Positions 1 through 10,309 of a stretch of 64,000 nucleotides of DNA are shown here, piece by piece; positions within the stretch are counted from its first letter, which is position 1; every line of letters starts with the position of its first letter. A program made the translations under genes and the position numbers. The notes below the pieces were generated by a model that was not told the origin of the DNA, did not search any database, and saw nothing but the letters and a program-made list of their open reading frames with translations. This DNA comes from Pyrinomonadaceae bacterium (GTDB taxonomy: Bacteria; Acidobacteriota; Blastocatellia; Pyrinomonadales; Pyrinomonadaceae). The DNA lies in assembly GCA_050174305.1 (NCBI GenBank), contig JBFXJZ010000009.1:34148-98147 (forward strand), written 5' to 3'.

Positions 1-298
1 CTTTTGGGGAAAAGGCCCAACCCCTCCCATGCCCATAGACCCTCGCAAGCACTTGTTTTTCAACCGTTTGCCCCATACCCAACCCAACACTCCTGTAGGA
101 AAAAATACTATGTTTTTCCTACTATAACAAGGGTCGGTAATCTCAATTTACGTCAAACACAATACCAAGCCGTAACTCGCCCTAAAGTCGCTTAAAATAA
201 AATCGATCCAGAGACAAAAGTTAGCATGCCCACAAGTGTAATAACCTGAAAATGGCGAACGCGGGCCGTCAGGCCTAGGGTTAACAGGTCGTGAGAAT

Positions 299-2533
299 TC
301 AGTACTTTGGCTTCATTTCTTCCAATCTCCGATCCATATCACGGAAAAATCCGGTCACAACGGTTGAAACCATTCTCAGTCGCGCAGCCTCCATCGCAGC
401 TGTCTGATTTATCGACGCCGCCTCGGTGCGACCGTCAAAGTTTAGTTGGTTTGATACTTTCTCCATGTCGGCCGAGCGGCGAATTCCTGAAAGCTGGATT
501 CCGGCACCTTGTCTGGTGCTCGACGACGCAATCGAACCGCCCGTATTGAAAGCCTGCTTGCTTTGTGAAGCCTGAGTTTCGAGGGCTTGGTTGATCTCAC
601 CTTGGTAAACATTACTTGCCTCTACCTTCGTGTCCGCCACAATGCCAGTGTTGTTATTTTGAAGTGCGATGTTACTGCGAGTCGTAGAGTCCATCTGCTT
701 GTTTACTTCTTGGATAGGATGCTTATTTCTCGACCAGTCGAAGAGTTCCTGCCCCGTACGAATCGGAACGGTAGTTCCGGCGATCGAGGAGCCGCCGGGT
801 GTGAATTCGTACGTCTTCATTCCAAATCGCTCAAGGTTGCCATGACCGCGCAGTTCGACTTCCTTCATTCCATCGATGGTTCTAGCTTCTTTAGCTCCTT
901 GAGCCTCGGCTAGGGTTCCTGCGATCTCTCGCTTAGTTGCCGCTGCACTGCTGCTCAACCCATAGTTCTTGCTAGCCTCGGCAAGCAATGTCTGCGTCAC
1001 CTGATTTGCCCGGAGCTGTCCCAAACTAGTGGTAAGGCCGCCCTCGACTCCGGCAACCGACGAGACCAGACGAGCGTCCGTTGATTGGTTAGCGGCTTCG
1101 AGGGATTTTCTGGCGGCCGTCTGCTCGGCATTGTAGATGCCCTGAATCTGGGTGTTTTCGGCCTGTCGATTGATTGCGGCCCCGGCTACTAGTCCGTACG
1201 TCTCAAGCGCGGTTCCCATACTTGAAAGCATCCAGCCCATCGAGATCTGAGAGACACCCTCATAGACCTGTCCGCGAAGGACGCGATAGCTGAGCCACGG
1301 AACGAGTATGAAACAGAGACTGGAAACGAAGAACAGCGCAGTGACAATAAGAGCACTTGACGCTGGATCATATGCACCGTTGGTTATGATCTTGGCGGTT
1401 ACTGGATCAAGTGAGAACGTTGCCTCACCGTTGTAGATTGAAAGCGCTAGAACACCGAGACCATAGCAAACATATAGTGTCACTTCCTTGACTATCGGAA
1501 ATGCGAGAGCAAATGTAGCCACGCCCCAGCAGAACGGATAGAAGATCTGAGCCGCAAACTTCTCGTCAAAACCAAAAGCGGCGAGCACGGGCGCGGCGAG
1601 TTTCAGTCCTATCAAGATAAACAGTCCAGCGATCGCAAGAAAAAGTCCGCCGAACTTGATGATGTTTTGGCCGATCACCATAAATGTGAACATCTTTGGC
1701 AGGTTCCACCCAAGGATATTCAGTTCCCCGGTAATGTCCTTTACGGTCGATTCCTTATCCATGATGATGCCGACAAGTCCGGGCTCACCATTCGGAAGAC
1801 GCTCAGCAAGGAGTGCGTTAGGGTCCTCGACCGCAAAGTTGGCTTTCACATACTTTTTCATCTTGTCGTCGAATTCTGTGACTAGTGAACGGTTGTAAGC
1901 GCGAATTGGCCGCGCAAAGAACTTACCCGTTATCGTAAGGCCGTCGATGATAAAGGGACTCGCTCCGATCAAAACCATGAAAATGATCGACCGGATCGCC
2001 CATGCAACGAGTTGCTCGGGTCCTAGACCTCGGTTGTCATGGAACCTGCGAATAAATGCGAGGATCAAAACAAAACTCGCGATGATCCACGCCAGAAACA
2101 TAAGGATCGGCATGAGCGGCTTTATGATGGTATTGAGAACGGATTGAAATAGCCATTCCTGTCCAGTCCGCATGAGATTCTTGATCTGTTCGCTGAAACT
2201 CGGGGCGGGAGGTTTTGGGGGGACGACCGGCCCGGGAGATGGACTCGCAACCGGGTTCGCGGGGTATTTGTTCTCGAATTCACGAAGTGCCGGTGCTGGA
2301 CTTCCATCGAGCGGCGGCATAAACGGAGAATCCGAGTTGATCGTCATTATTAGGTCATTCGCCGTCACAGGCTGCCCGTTCATTGTGCCTACTGGGGTCT
2401 GACCTTCGACGCGAGGAGGGCGCGGCCGGGTTTGCCCGGCCGCTACATTGGCGAGGAGGTATGGCGAGACGAGGTAGGCGAGAACGAAGAGAGCTGTCGC
2501 TAAAGCGTGAGGAAATGGAGTCGCGTTTTTCAT
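299..2533 (-). CDS. VirB6/TrbL-like T4SS inner-membrane protein
   Basis: 744 aa with an N-terminal signal/TM, a Pro-rich linker, multiple hydrophobic spans and a long Q/S/T/A/N-rich C-terminal tail. It is the last gene of the pilin-virB3-virB4-trbJ operon, the slot normally held by VirB6/TrbL. The call rests on topology and synteny, not on a motif. Confidence 0.55.
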   Translation of the reverse strand: MKNATPFPHALATALFVLAYLVSPYLLANVAAGQTRPRPPRVEGQTPVGTMNGQPVTANDLIMTINSDSPFMPPLDGSPAPALREFENKYPANPVASPSPGPVVPPKPPAPSFSEQIKNLMRTGQEWLFQSVLNTIIKPLMPILMFLAWIIASFVLILAFIRRFHDNRGLGPEQLVAWAIRSIIFMVLIGASPFIIDGLTITGKFFARPIRAYNRSLVTEFDDKMKKYVKANFAVEDPNALLAERLPNGEPGLVGIIMDKESTVKDITGELNILGWNLPKMFTFMVIGQNIIKFGGLFLAIAGLFILIGLKLAAPVLAAFGFDEKFAAQIFYPFCWGVATFALAFPIVKEVTLYVCYGLGVLALSIYNGEATFSLDPVTAKIITNGAYDPASSALIVTALFFVSSLCFILVPWLSYRVLRGQVYEGVSQISMGWMLSSMGTALETYGLVAGAAINRQAENTQIQGIYNAEQTAARKSLEAANQSTDARLVSSVAGVEGGLTTSLGQLRANQVTQTLLAEASKNYGLSSSAAATKREIAGTLAEAQGAKEARTIDGMKEVELRGHGNLERFGMKTYEFTPGGSSIAGTTVPIRTGQELFDWSRNKHPIQEVNKQMDSTTRSNIALQNNNTGIVADTKVEASNVYQGEINQALETQASQSKQAFNTGGSIASSSTRQGAGIQLSGIRRSADMEKVSNQLNFDGRTEAASINQTAAMEAARLRMVSTVVTGFFRDMDRRLEEMKPKY

Positions 2534-2574
2534 GGCTTTGTTTGTTTTACTTTTTAGATCCGATTTTGCTGCGA

Positions 2575-3507
2575 TTATGGAAGAGGGCTTTCATAGACGT
2601 CGTCATTCCATACTTCATAGCGTTCGAGCTCGCGAAGAAAGTCGTCCGAAGCTCGTGTAATCCCAGTCATCATCTCAGTGCTTCGGCGTATTTCTTTTCC
2701 GAACTCTGTCATCTGCTCGATCTTAAGACCATAGGCAATAAATTTTGCCTGTATCTTCGCTTCAAGCTCGCGCAGCTGTCCTTCAACCGTTGATATGCGA
2801 AGATTGATCGCGAGCATCTGATCTATTAGAGATTGAACTCCATCCCGATCGGCGGCGGGATTAGCCTCTATCGCTCGCGTTTCATCAGCGATCTTCTCGC
2901 GTTCTTCATAAAGTTTGGCAAGATCGAGAAGCATGTTTTCACGGTCAAAGAGCATCCGTTCGAGTTCAGAATCGAGCTTTGCGAGGCGTTCTAGATTCTT
3001 GAGGTGGGCATCTGCGCTTCGACCGATCGAATGCCGAAGAAAGTCATCAAGGTCCCGTTTGTTTGCGTCCATATCGAAGATGCCGTTCTTCAAACGTCGA
3101 GCAATATTGACGACTGAATGAATTTGGCTGGTTATAGTCGCCTCGATTCGCTTCTTTAGTTCGAAGGTCCCGCGGATAAGCCGTCCGATAGTTGCGTAGG
3201 TAGCTATCAGCTGCTTGTGCCGCATGACCTGCTCTTCAACCTTCCCGAGGATCCCCCGCAGATTAGTTACGCTTTCAACCATCTTTTCGTACTGCTTGAC
3301 CGCTTGTTCATAGGTATCGATATAGTGGTTGATGGTCTCAAGCCACCGCGCCGCCTCTTCGACTCTCTTTTCAACCTGGAGAACGTATTGCGACGGATCG
3401 AATACCGTCCACTGTGCCCGGGCCGGGCGAACGTCGATCCCGATGAAGATCGAAGAAAGAACTGCTCCCAGAAGGATCTGCCTTATTGTTTCGTTACTTC
3501 CGATCAT
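2575..3507 (-). CDS. TrbJ/VirB5-like secreted coiled-coil T4SS protein
   Basis: 310 aa with a signal peptide, then AQWTVFDPSQYVLQ (TrbJ-type N-terminal motif) and a long helical/coiled region. Its start makes an ATGA overlap with the virB4 stop. Confidence 0.5.
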   Translation of the reverse strand: MIGSNETIRQILLGAVLSSIFIGIDVRPARAQWTVFDPSQYVLQVEKRVEEAARWLETINHYIDTYEQAVKQYEKMVESVTNLRGILGKVEEQVMRHKQLIATYATIGRLIRGTFELKKRIEATITSQIHSVVNIARRLKNGIFDMDANKRDLDDFLRHSIGRSADAHLKNLERLAKLDSELERMLFDRENMLLDLAKLYEEREKIADETRAIEANPAADRDGVQSLIDQMLAINLRISTVEGQLRELEAKIQAKFIAYGLKIEQMTEFGKEIRRSTEMMTGITRASDDFLRELERYEVWNDDVYESPLP

Positions 3508-6371
3508 GCTGTTACCTCCAAACCGTTCAGTTCACTTAGGTCAAAAGAAGATATTTCCGTGAGTCCGACGGCGGTCAATCCGCTCGGATACTTCGAGGCA
3601 AGCCACGAAACGACGATCTCAGGCGGCAGGTCGGGCCGAATATTCTCGACAAGTCTTCGCGCATTCGCTTCGTTCGTGTCGTTCGTGTTAGCCCAGAGCA
3701 TCGCGGGCGAAAGACGGATCTCGGCCATCTGGACGATCTTGTCCGCTCCACTGCCGATAACGAAAACCCACTGGGTGTATCTTCCGTACTGGTTTCTGAT
3801 CGCACGGATCGCTGCAACCGTCTCAGGGGCAAGTTCGCAGTCAGCGGCCAAACGGTCGAAGCCGCCGATCTGCTTGCCGATCATCTTTACGCCGGAATTC
3901 TTTACAAGATCAATTCCGATCTCATTCGGACGCTCCGCAGTTCCCGTAAAATGCTCGTAAGCCTGCGAGAATAGGACGGTAACAAGACCTTCTTTACGGC
4001 CGGTCACTGATGCCTCCGCGATGAGTTCCTGGATCGCCGGGAAGTGTTTGTTGATCTCGCGCATTTCGTCGCAAAGAAATAGGATTGGCGTCTTTTGCTT
4101 CCGCTCGTCTTCTTCGCCTATCTCCTGCATGATTTGGGCGCTGATTCTGAATCCGACGCTCTCACGTATCTTTTCATCGAGGCCGCTAATTCCGGAGAGC
4201 TCGAAAACGTCGAACATCGATGGAACGTCATAATCTGGATGGGTTGGTGAGTTAAGCCACGGGTCTTTTCTGTGAACATTTAGTTTTAAGTACAGCTCGC
4301 TCGCCTGGCCCTGTTGTGCAGGGTCCCAATGGTAGGTCTTCAGAACATCCAGAAAATGCCCGAGCGTTGGCTGGAATTTCGGCCTGCCCGCTCCATTGCG
4401 AGAGATCGCCATCTTATAGACCTCATCGATAACAGTGGCGGCAATAGCACTCGTGATCGCATCTGTCCTTGCCGTCTTGCTAAGAATGAGGATATCCATC
4501 AACACCATTGAAAGCTGACGTTTGGTGGGTCGGACTCCTTTTTCGATACCCGGATAGTTCCAGATATTGATCGGTTTCGGATCGGCTTCGTTGAACTCGA
4601 TATGACGGCCGCCGAAAAGCCGACAAATAGGCTTGAACGAATGCCGGTAGTCCATCACTCGGACTTTTACGTTTCCTCGATGCGCTCTGATATCCGTGAT
4701 CAGCATCGAAGCCAGGAATGATTTGCCTTCACCGGATGCTGCAGTGACGATGACTGTTGGAGACTTGATAAGAGCTCGGTCGTAAAGATCGAGACCGAAC
4801 ATCTGGCCATTCGGAGTTGTGAAGATGCTGTGCGGCCGGCGGCTTCCCCGCCAACTAGTTTCGGTCGGGACAAATGATATAACCGAGTCCGCCGTCTCCG
4901 TGAGTTCCTGTCCGGTTGGCCGCGAGGAAAGCTCACCAGCAAGCATTCGCGGATATATCGCTCGCTGCCTCACTGCGTCCTCCCTTATAGCATCGGCACC
5001 GATCTTCTTTCGAATCGCCGAAACTACCGCGTCGCACCGGTCGTCGAGTATTTCAATCTGCCGCCGAGCTTCCTTTGCTCCTTTCGACCGGCCGGCGAAT
5101 ACTATGACGTTCAAGCGAAGATTACAGATCTCTTCATTGTCGCCTTCGACCTGTTCGAGTAGGTTCTCAAGGTCGGCCTTGATCACGACTGCATCCTTCT
5201 TGAGATTTCGGAAACCGAGCCAGGTGTTGCGGCTGCCATCGATCCGGTCAATGCGCTTTTGAAGGTCCTTCTTGGCCACCTGCTTTTCAGTCGTCAACAA
5301 ATCAACGATGATCTCGTGCGGAAATCCCAAAGCCCTCGTCGCCGTCAGATAGCGCATGATATCCGCAGTCACAAAGCCATTTGGAAGTGTTTTCAGACTG
5401 ACAAGACTAACAGGCGTCCCGCTATGCCGGACATACTGCTCGCGTGTGCTCTCGATATTCGTGCTGCAAAGATATCTCCTTAGATCGACGCAATCTGTTC
5501 TTGTCAGATTTGGGAACGAATCGTGCTCCCGGCGATGGCTCGTAAAAAGAGCTTCGAACATCTCGGTTCGGGTCATCTCTCGAAGCTGTAAATTTCGCGG
5601 AAAGTTGGCTTCGAATGACTGAAAGACCCGCAACGCTTTGAGTTTGCACGCGGCTTCACTTTGTACCTCTCTCTGCACCATCAATTCACTTTCGCGATTT
5701 CTTATCCTTACGAGGGGCGATCGGAGTAGTCGTGCGATTCCGTATTCCTTTGCATCCTTTACAAGCGATGGCAAGAGAGACGACAACACGCCCTTATCGT
5801 CCGGAGCTCTGACCGGCACGCGAATCCAGACAGTAGCGGTCTGGCGCATAACTTCACCTGATCTGATCGCTTCCTCATGGAGCGAAAGATTGGTTGCCTG
5901 GAGAACTCCGGCTACGGGATCGGAAGTCGCTGAATCTCTTGACGACAGATGGTCTCGAAGAACTTCACCTATATCCAGCGAATTTACGAATCTAAACTGA
6001 ATGATCGTGTTCTTCGGCTTCTCGAATTTCAGGATAGTTTTCAGTTCCTCGATTCGTTGTTCAGTGACGTTTCCGTCGATGTAAAGGCTATTCGCGGGTT
6101 CGAAAATATATGCCTTTCCGAAACTGCCGTCCTTGTAGCAGACGGTATTTCCATCAAGTCCAGCTATTTCGGTTGGAAACAGCCGTGCCGCTTGCTCGGC
6201 CGCTAATTGAGATTTCTCGCGGCCCCGTTTTAGCAAGTCCTTCGGACCGCTTCTGTGAAACTTAAGGGCAGGCAAGATTCTCAATCCTGCTGTAAGACCG
6301 AGTCCCACGGAAAGAAGCCCTCCGAAGAATGAAATGGCGATCTGTGTGAATGATAGGTTTTCTGTGTCCAT
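3504..6371 (-). CDS. virB4: VirB4/TrbE conjugative transfer ATPase
   Basis: Walker A TAASGEGKSF and Walker B ILFLCDEMREI; ~955 aa. I moved the start to MDTENLSF (ATG at 6371), 2 nt after the virB3 stop. The longer ORF (to 6482) overlaps virB3. Confidence 0.9.
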   Translation of the reverse strand: MDTENLSFTQIAISFFGGLLSVGLGLTAGLRILPALKFHRSGPKDLLKRGREKSQLAAEQAARLFPTEIAGLDGNTVCYKDGSFGKAYIFEPANSLYIDGNVTEQRIEELKTILKFEKPKNTIIQFRFVNSLDIGEVLRDHLSSRDSATSDPVAGVLQATNLSLHEEAIRSGEVMRQTATVWIRVPVRAPDDKGVLSSLLPSLVKDAKEYGIARLLRSPLVRIRNRESELMVQREVQSEAACKLKALRVFQSFEANFPRNLQLREMTRTEMFEALFTSHRREHDSFPNLTRTDCVDLRRYLCSTNIESTREQYVRHSGTPVSLVSLKTLPNGFVTADIMRYLTATRALGFPHEIIVDLLTTEKQVAKKDLQKRIDRIDGSRNTWLGFRNLKKDAVVIKADLENLLEQVEGDNEEICNLRLNVIVFAGRSKGAKEARRQIEILDDRCDAVVSAIRKKIGADAIREDAVRQRAIYPRMLAGELSSRPTGQELTETADSVISFVPTETSWRGSRRPHSIFTTPNGQMFGLDLYDRALIKSPTVIVTAASGEGKSFLASMLITDIRAHRGNVKVRVMDYRHSFKPICRLFGGRHIEFNEADPKPINIWNYPGIEKGVRPTKRQLSMVLMDILILSKTARTDAITSAIAATVIDEVYKMAISRNGAGRPKFQPTLGHFLDVLKTYHWDPAQQGQASELYLKLNVHRKDPWLNSPTHPDYDVPSMFDVFELSGISGLDEKIRESVGFRISAQIMQEIGEEDERKQKTPILFLCDEMREINKHFPAIQELIAEASVTGRKEGLVTVLFSQAYEHFTGTAERPNEIGIDLVKNSGVKMIGKQIGGFDRLAADCELAPETVAAIRAIRNQYGRYTQWVFVIGSGADKIVQMAEIRLSPAMLWANTNDTNEANARRLVENIRPDLPPEIVVSWLASKYPSGLTAVGLTEISSFDLSELNGLEVTA

Positions 6372-6373
6372 GT

Positions 6374-6709
6374 TTATTTCCTGTTGGGTGCTTTCCAATC
6401 GGTTGGTTTTAGATCCCCTTGCAGAGGCGGTCGAAATGCCGCCCATCTGTCGATCTCGGCGTCGAACTTCTGAGAAAGCCAATAGGTCGGCTTGCTCAGT
6501 CGCAGGTAGTTAAAGACTCCCAGAAGAATCAGAAACACGAACAGTCCCAGCGGAAAGCCCAGCGGAAAATAGCCGACCCACAGACCTAATACGAACGGAA
6601 CGAGATAGGCGATACCCGTAGGGATCAAGATAAACTTCCAATCGGTCGAATAGACTCCGAACCGTTTCAAGCCCCGAAAAACATTAGGCCGCGTTGCGCG
6701 TCTTCTCAT
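6374..6709 (-). CDS. VirB3/TrbD-like small membrane protein
   Basis: 111 aa starting at MRRRATRP (ATG 6709, preceded by AGGAGG). It has two TM helices and lies between the pilin gene and virB4. The 171-aa ORF extension overlaps the pilin gene and was discarded. Confidence 0.55.
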   Translation of the reverse strand: MRRRATRPNVFRGLKRFGVYSTDWKFILIPTGIAYLVPFVLGLWVGYFPLGFPLGLFVFLILLGVFNYLRLSKPTYWLSQKFDAEIDRWAAFRPPLQGDLKPTDWKAPNRK

Positions 6710-6720
6710 TTGGCTGCCTC

Positions 6721-7074
6721 CTAAAAATTGGTATCGACCCCAACAGTACGGCCTTGAGCGAGCTGCCAGAACACCGCGACGATCGTTCCGAATGCAAACG
6801 AAAGAAGCGAACCAAACGCCTGGTTGCCCCATTCCTTTCCGGTCATTTTGTTGTAGATCGACCAGGCTACGCCGACCGCTCCAAGACAAAACAGAATGAT
6901 CGCCATGAGTTTGAGCGACTCGCGGATGATGTTCGAAAGGTTGCTCGCGTCGCCGGTGAAGATCGGGCCCTGGGCCGAACTCAGGTTTGTGGAAAGTAAG
7001 ATCAGGCCGAGCGGAGCCAATGCCGATGCCAAGCCCTTAATTTGTTTCAGTAGTTTTTTCATAATCGTCCTCAC
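6721..7074 (-). CDS. VirB2/TrbC-like pilin precursor
   Basis: 117 aa with a long signal peptide ending SSAQG, followed by two hydrophobic helices. It is the first gene of the minus-strand T4SS operon. Confidence 0.55.
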   Translation of the reverse strand: MRTIMKKLLKQIKGLASALAPLGLILLSTNLSSAQGPIFTGDASNLSNIIRESLKLMAIILFCLGAVGVAWSIYNKMTGKEWGNQAFGSLLSFAFGTIVAVFWQLAQGRTVGVDTNF

Positions 7075-7191
7075 TAAATGGATTTCTTAACGTTCCCGAA
7101 TTCGGAAGCGTCAATGATTTCACTCGCTTTGCAAGGGTCGTGCCGCAAGGCGAAAGATATCGCTGGCACATCGGTTGCCATAACCGACGAC

Positions 7192-8052
7192 ATGAAAAAA
7201 CTAACCATACGCTCGATCACATTCTTCTCAGTGCTTGTTCTTGTATTTCCTCTGACAGTTGCCTCTCAGGAAAAACAAACAATCTCTCGGACTTCACTTG
7301 CCCGAATGGACGTGCTCTCAAGAGCAAGATTATTCGAGCCAACTATCGAAAAGGCGGCAAGAAATGAAGGTGTCGATCCTTTAATTCTGTGGACGATCGC
7401 CTATAACGAAACTCGCTTCCGTCCCTGGCTGACCAGCCCGAAGAATGCTCAGGGGCTCATGCAGTTCATGCCAGCGACGGCAGCCCGATTCGGGTTAGCC
7501 AATCCATATGAACCGTCATCTTCACTGCTAGCGGCAGCCAAGTACGTGAAGTATCTGGGACGCCTATTTGATGGGAAACTCGAGTCTGTTTTGGCAGCCT
7601 ATAACGCTGGCGAAGGGACTGTTTCGGCCTACCTTCATGGCCGCGAATTAAGGGTAAATGGAAGAGTTATCAATGCTTCTAGAAGACGAATGGTCAACGG
7701 TGTCCCGCCCTACAAAGAGACCCTTAGATATGTCACACAAGGGATGGAGGTTTATCGTTGGCTTCAAAGTCAAGGTCGGCTGGGCGTGCCCACAAATACA
7801 TTCAGACCGGAACAAAACGCTCGAAAAGAAGGGCTATCAAAAATAGTTGAGGTTAAGGAAAGCCAAGCTATATCGGTGTTCTATGATCCGCGAACGGGTA
7901 AACGAAGCGTTATGTCGTACGGCAATTTGAACCGCCTCTCACAACTAGATTTCGGACCCGTGATTATTGACCCGGCCCTTCCAAGAAATTCGGCTGAACG
8001 CGCCCGGTCAACCTTTGCGGGCGAACTCCAGATATCAAAGCCAAGTCAGTAG
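7192..8052 (+). CDS. SLT-domain lytic transglycosylase (VirB1-like)
   Basis: Motifs AYNETRF, GLMQFMPATA and AAYNAGEGTV. The start is set at MKKLTIRS (ATG 7192), which gives a signal peptide. Confidence 0.85.
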   Translation: MKKLTIRSITFFSVLVLVFPLTVASQEKQTISRTSLARMDVLSRARLFEPTIEKAARNEGVDPLILWTIAYNETRFRPWLTSPKNAQGLMQFMPATAARFGLANPYEPSSSLLAAAKYVKYLGRLFDGKLESVLAAYNAGEGTVSAYLHGRELRVNGRVINASRRRMVNGVPPYKETLRYVTQGMEVYRWLQSQGRLGVPTNTFRPEQNARKEGLSKIVEVKESQAISVFYDPRTGKRSVMSYGNLNRLSQLDFGPVIIDPALPRNSAERARSTFAGELQISKPSQ

Positions 8053-8204
8053 TCGGCGAATTTTCGAGTCGATTGTGGACGACTTTCGCACCGTTCGGCA
8101 AATTTTTCGACCGGTCAAGAATGCTGTAAGAGCGAACCCGCAAAAGTACGGCTATTTCGCGTTTGGCACTAGTTTTGCCATTAGCCCTACTGAGATAAAA
8201 TCCT

Positions 8205-8999
8205 ATGAAAGCAAATGAAACCAAAATCGAATCACCTGATCCATTAAGCAGGCGTGCTGATGCGCTTACATATCTCACCCGCGATCCGGACGACATCGTA
8301 ACCATCGCCTCTCTCCTGAAGATCCTCGGCGTGTTGTTGTTTGCCCTTGTCCTCAGCGGCTGCGTAAATATGTTTCTGATCTTCAGAAAGGCTGATCGTA
8401 TCGTCGTTGATAAATCCAGTGGACGAGTTGTTGAGCTAAACAACCGGGATTACGGTTCAACAGAAACTGTCAGTATCGAACCGGACACACCAACATCGAC
8501 GGATAAAAAGTATCTGGTAAAAGAATTTCTCACCGCCCTCTACGAAGTTGAACAAACGACGCGGGAGGCACAAGTCAACAAACTCCTCCGAATGCTCGAC
8601 CCCGATCTTTCGATGGCGATGGCCACTCGACTAAAACAGAATGGCGTCCTTGCTGCCGAAAAGACAGAAAGCGTGAATTCTTCCTGGGAACTTCAGGATC
8701 TGTCGGTGGATGAAAGCGACCCATACATCCTCCGTGCGATCGGTACGCGAAAGATACGACGCAAAGCCTCAGGCCAGGACGTAGAAGAGTCCGTTCAGCT
8801 CAAATGCAAATTCCTTCTTAAAGACAGTCCGTCAGCACCGATACGCAATGACAACAACCTGAGAACGGGATTCACGATCCTACGCTTTCGGGTCGAACCC
8901 GTGAATGGGAAGACCGTCTCCCCTATAACGCTCATCGGAGATGCTGAGGAAACATCTCCACAAAATCAACCCGTTGGCGAAACAACTGGCGGCAAGTAA
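8205..8999 (+). CDS. VirB8/TrbF-like bitopic membrane protein (tentative)
   Basis: 264 aa: a short cytoplasmic N-terminus, a single TM (ILGVLLFALVLSGCVNMFLIF), then a ~190-aa periplasmic domain. It sits before the virB9/virB10-like genes. Synteny and topology only. Confidence 0.4.
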   Translation: MKANETKIESPDPLSRRADALTYLTRDPDDIVTIASLLKILGVLLFALVLSGCVNMFLIFRKADRIVVDKSSGRVVELNNRDYGSTETVSIEPDTPTSTDKKYLVKEFLTALYEVEQTTREAQVNKLLRMLDPDLSMAMATRLKQNGVLAAEKTESVNSSWELQDLSVDESDPYILRAIGTRKIRRKASGQDVEESVQLKCKFLLKDSPSAPIRNDNNLRTGFTILRFRVEPVNGKTVSPITLIGDAEETSPQNQPVGETTGGK

Positions 9000-9019
9000 G
9001 GAGGAACCTGATTTAACCC

Positions 9020-10297
9020 ATGAAAAAAACAAGAACATATAAACCCGCTGAATATTTTATGAAGTTGCTGGGAGTCGCGCTTGTGGCCGTCGCCGTGATT
9101 TCCGGAAATGCTGAGGCTCAGACTCGAAAGTTCGCAAACAAACCGAAACCCAAAAAGGTTGTCCGGCCCGTCTCGCAAGAGTCCAAGCCGGATCCCGCCG
9201 AAAAGTCCGTGAATGTTTCCGCTGCTCCCGTTGGCACGCAACCTGTTTCGGTTGTGAATGCCCCGCAGCCCGATTTTCTATCGGGAGAAGCAACGGTGAC
9301 GGTCAATCCAAGACAGCCGACCATCGTACGGCTCGGGCTTGCTCAAAATGCGGTCACAATTGTGGAGTTCCCTGCGTCAGACGGGATCTACTACATACAC
9401 GAAGGCAACCCAAAGCTTGCATCAGTGTTTCAGTCTCCTACAAAGGAAACTGACCGATCGATAACCATCTATCCGGGGGAAGGATTCGTTCCGACGAAAG
9501 ACGGCGCGACCTCGGCCGCGATCAGCCTACAGATGCGATCCGGTCTAGTTCTCATCCTTGAACTTGTGCCCGTTAGTGAGCTTAAAAAGAACGCCCACCG
9601 CTGCGTTATTACGTATGACAGGGACGCCGTTGTGTCGGCACGAAAAATTGCGGGCCTCGCTTTCAATCTTGGCGGCGAATCGGCCAGCGTCTCACCGATC
9701 AACTCGCGAGCAGTATCGAAACTTGTCGGGACCGTCCAAGTCCCAGAACCGCGAAGTTCGGAATCTTCGAACTCCGAAATCGCCTCAGTTGCCAAAGCCG
9801 CGTTCACGGATCTGCCCGATACAAAACGAGTCAGTTCAAAGCGAGCAATGACCGATTCCGAAATATCGAAAACCTCGAACAAGAGGCTGGCGGATGTCCT
9901 TCGCGATCCCAAGAAACACCTCGGAACTTGGACACCACAGCTCCACGGACTGGAGCTTTCACTGACGCGAATTACGGACCTCGATGCCGAGAACCGGCTC
10001 GTTATCATCGGCATTCGAAACTCGACAACATCCAACCTCAGGCTCGTACAAGGTTCCCCGGAACTTCAGATACAGACGCTCGACAAGGACGGCAACAGCC
10101 TTCTGACCTCGAAGCTCGATATTCGGTATCTGGAAACAACCGCATTTGAAGGACTCCTTCTGCCGGGTTCGACGACTTTTCATGCGCTCGTCTATAAAGC
10201 ACCGACTCTCGGAACCAATCAAAAGATCAGAGTTGTCGTAGCCCAGAGCAACGCCGCCGACGCGCCGATCTCGGCGGTTCTAAACGGATCAAAATAA
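9020..10297 (+). CDS. VirB9/TrbG-like secreted protein (tentative)
   Basis: 425 aa with a signal peptide (AVISGNAEAQ) and a beta-rich region, VTVNPRQPTIVRLGLAQNAVTIVEFPA, that resembles the VirB9/CagX N-domain. It lies immediately upstream of virB10. Confidence 0.45.
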   Translation: MKKTRTYKPAEYFMKLLGVALVAVAVISGNAEAQTRKFANKPKPKKVVRPVSQESKPDPAEKSVNVSAAPVGTQPVSVVNAPQPDFLSGEATVTVNPRQPTIVRLGLAQNAVTIVEFPASDGIYYIHEGNPKLASVFQSPTKETDRSITIYPGEGFVPTKDGATSAAISLQMRSGLVLILELVPVSELKKNAHRCVITYDRDAVVSARKIAGLAFNLGGESASVSPINSRAVSKLVGTVQVPEPRSSESSNSEIASVAKAAFTDLPDTKRVSSKRAMTDSEISKTSNKRLADVLRDPKKHLGTWTPQLHGLELSLTRITDLDAENRLVIIGIRNSTTSNLRLVQGSPELQIQTLDKDGNSLLTSKLDIRYLETTAFEGLLLPGSTTFHALVYKAPTLGTNQKIRVVVAQSNAADAPISAVLNGSK

Positions 10298-10309
10298 AGG
10301 AGGAATTCG

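Noticed and set aside
1-298. attL (a repeat of the tRNA-Pro 3' end) at the left edge of the window
   Set aside because: The only shared string with the tRNA is the 9-mer GCGAACGCG, and it falls in the tRNA 5' half rather than the 3' end. It is too short and in the wrong place to be an att core.
6374-6889. A 171-aa version of the VirB3-like ORF
   Set aside because: The extension overlaps the pilin gene (6721-7074) in another frame. An internal ATG at 6709 has an AGGAGG RBS and gives a VirB3-sized two-TM protein.
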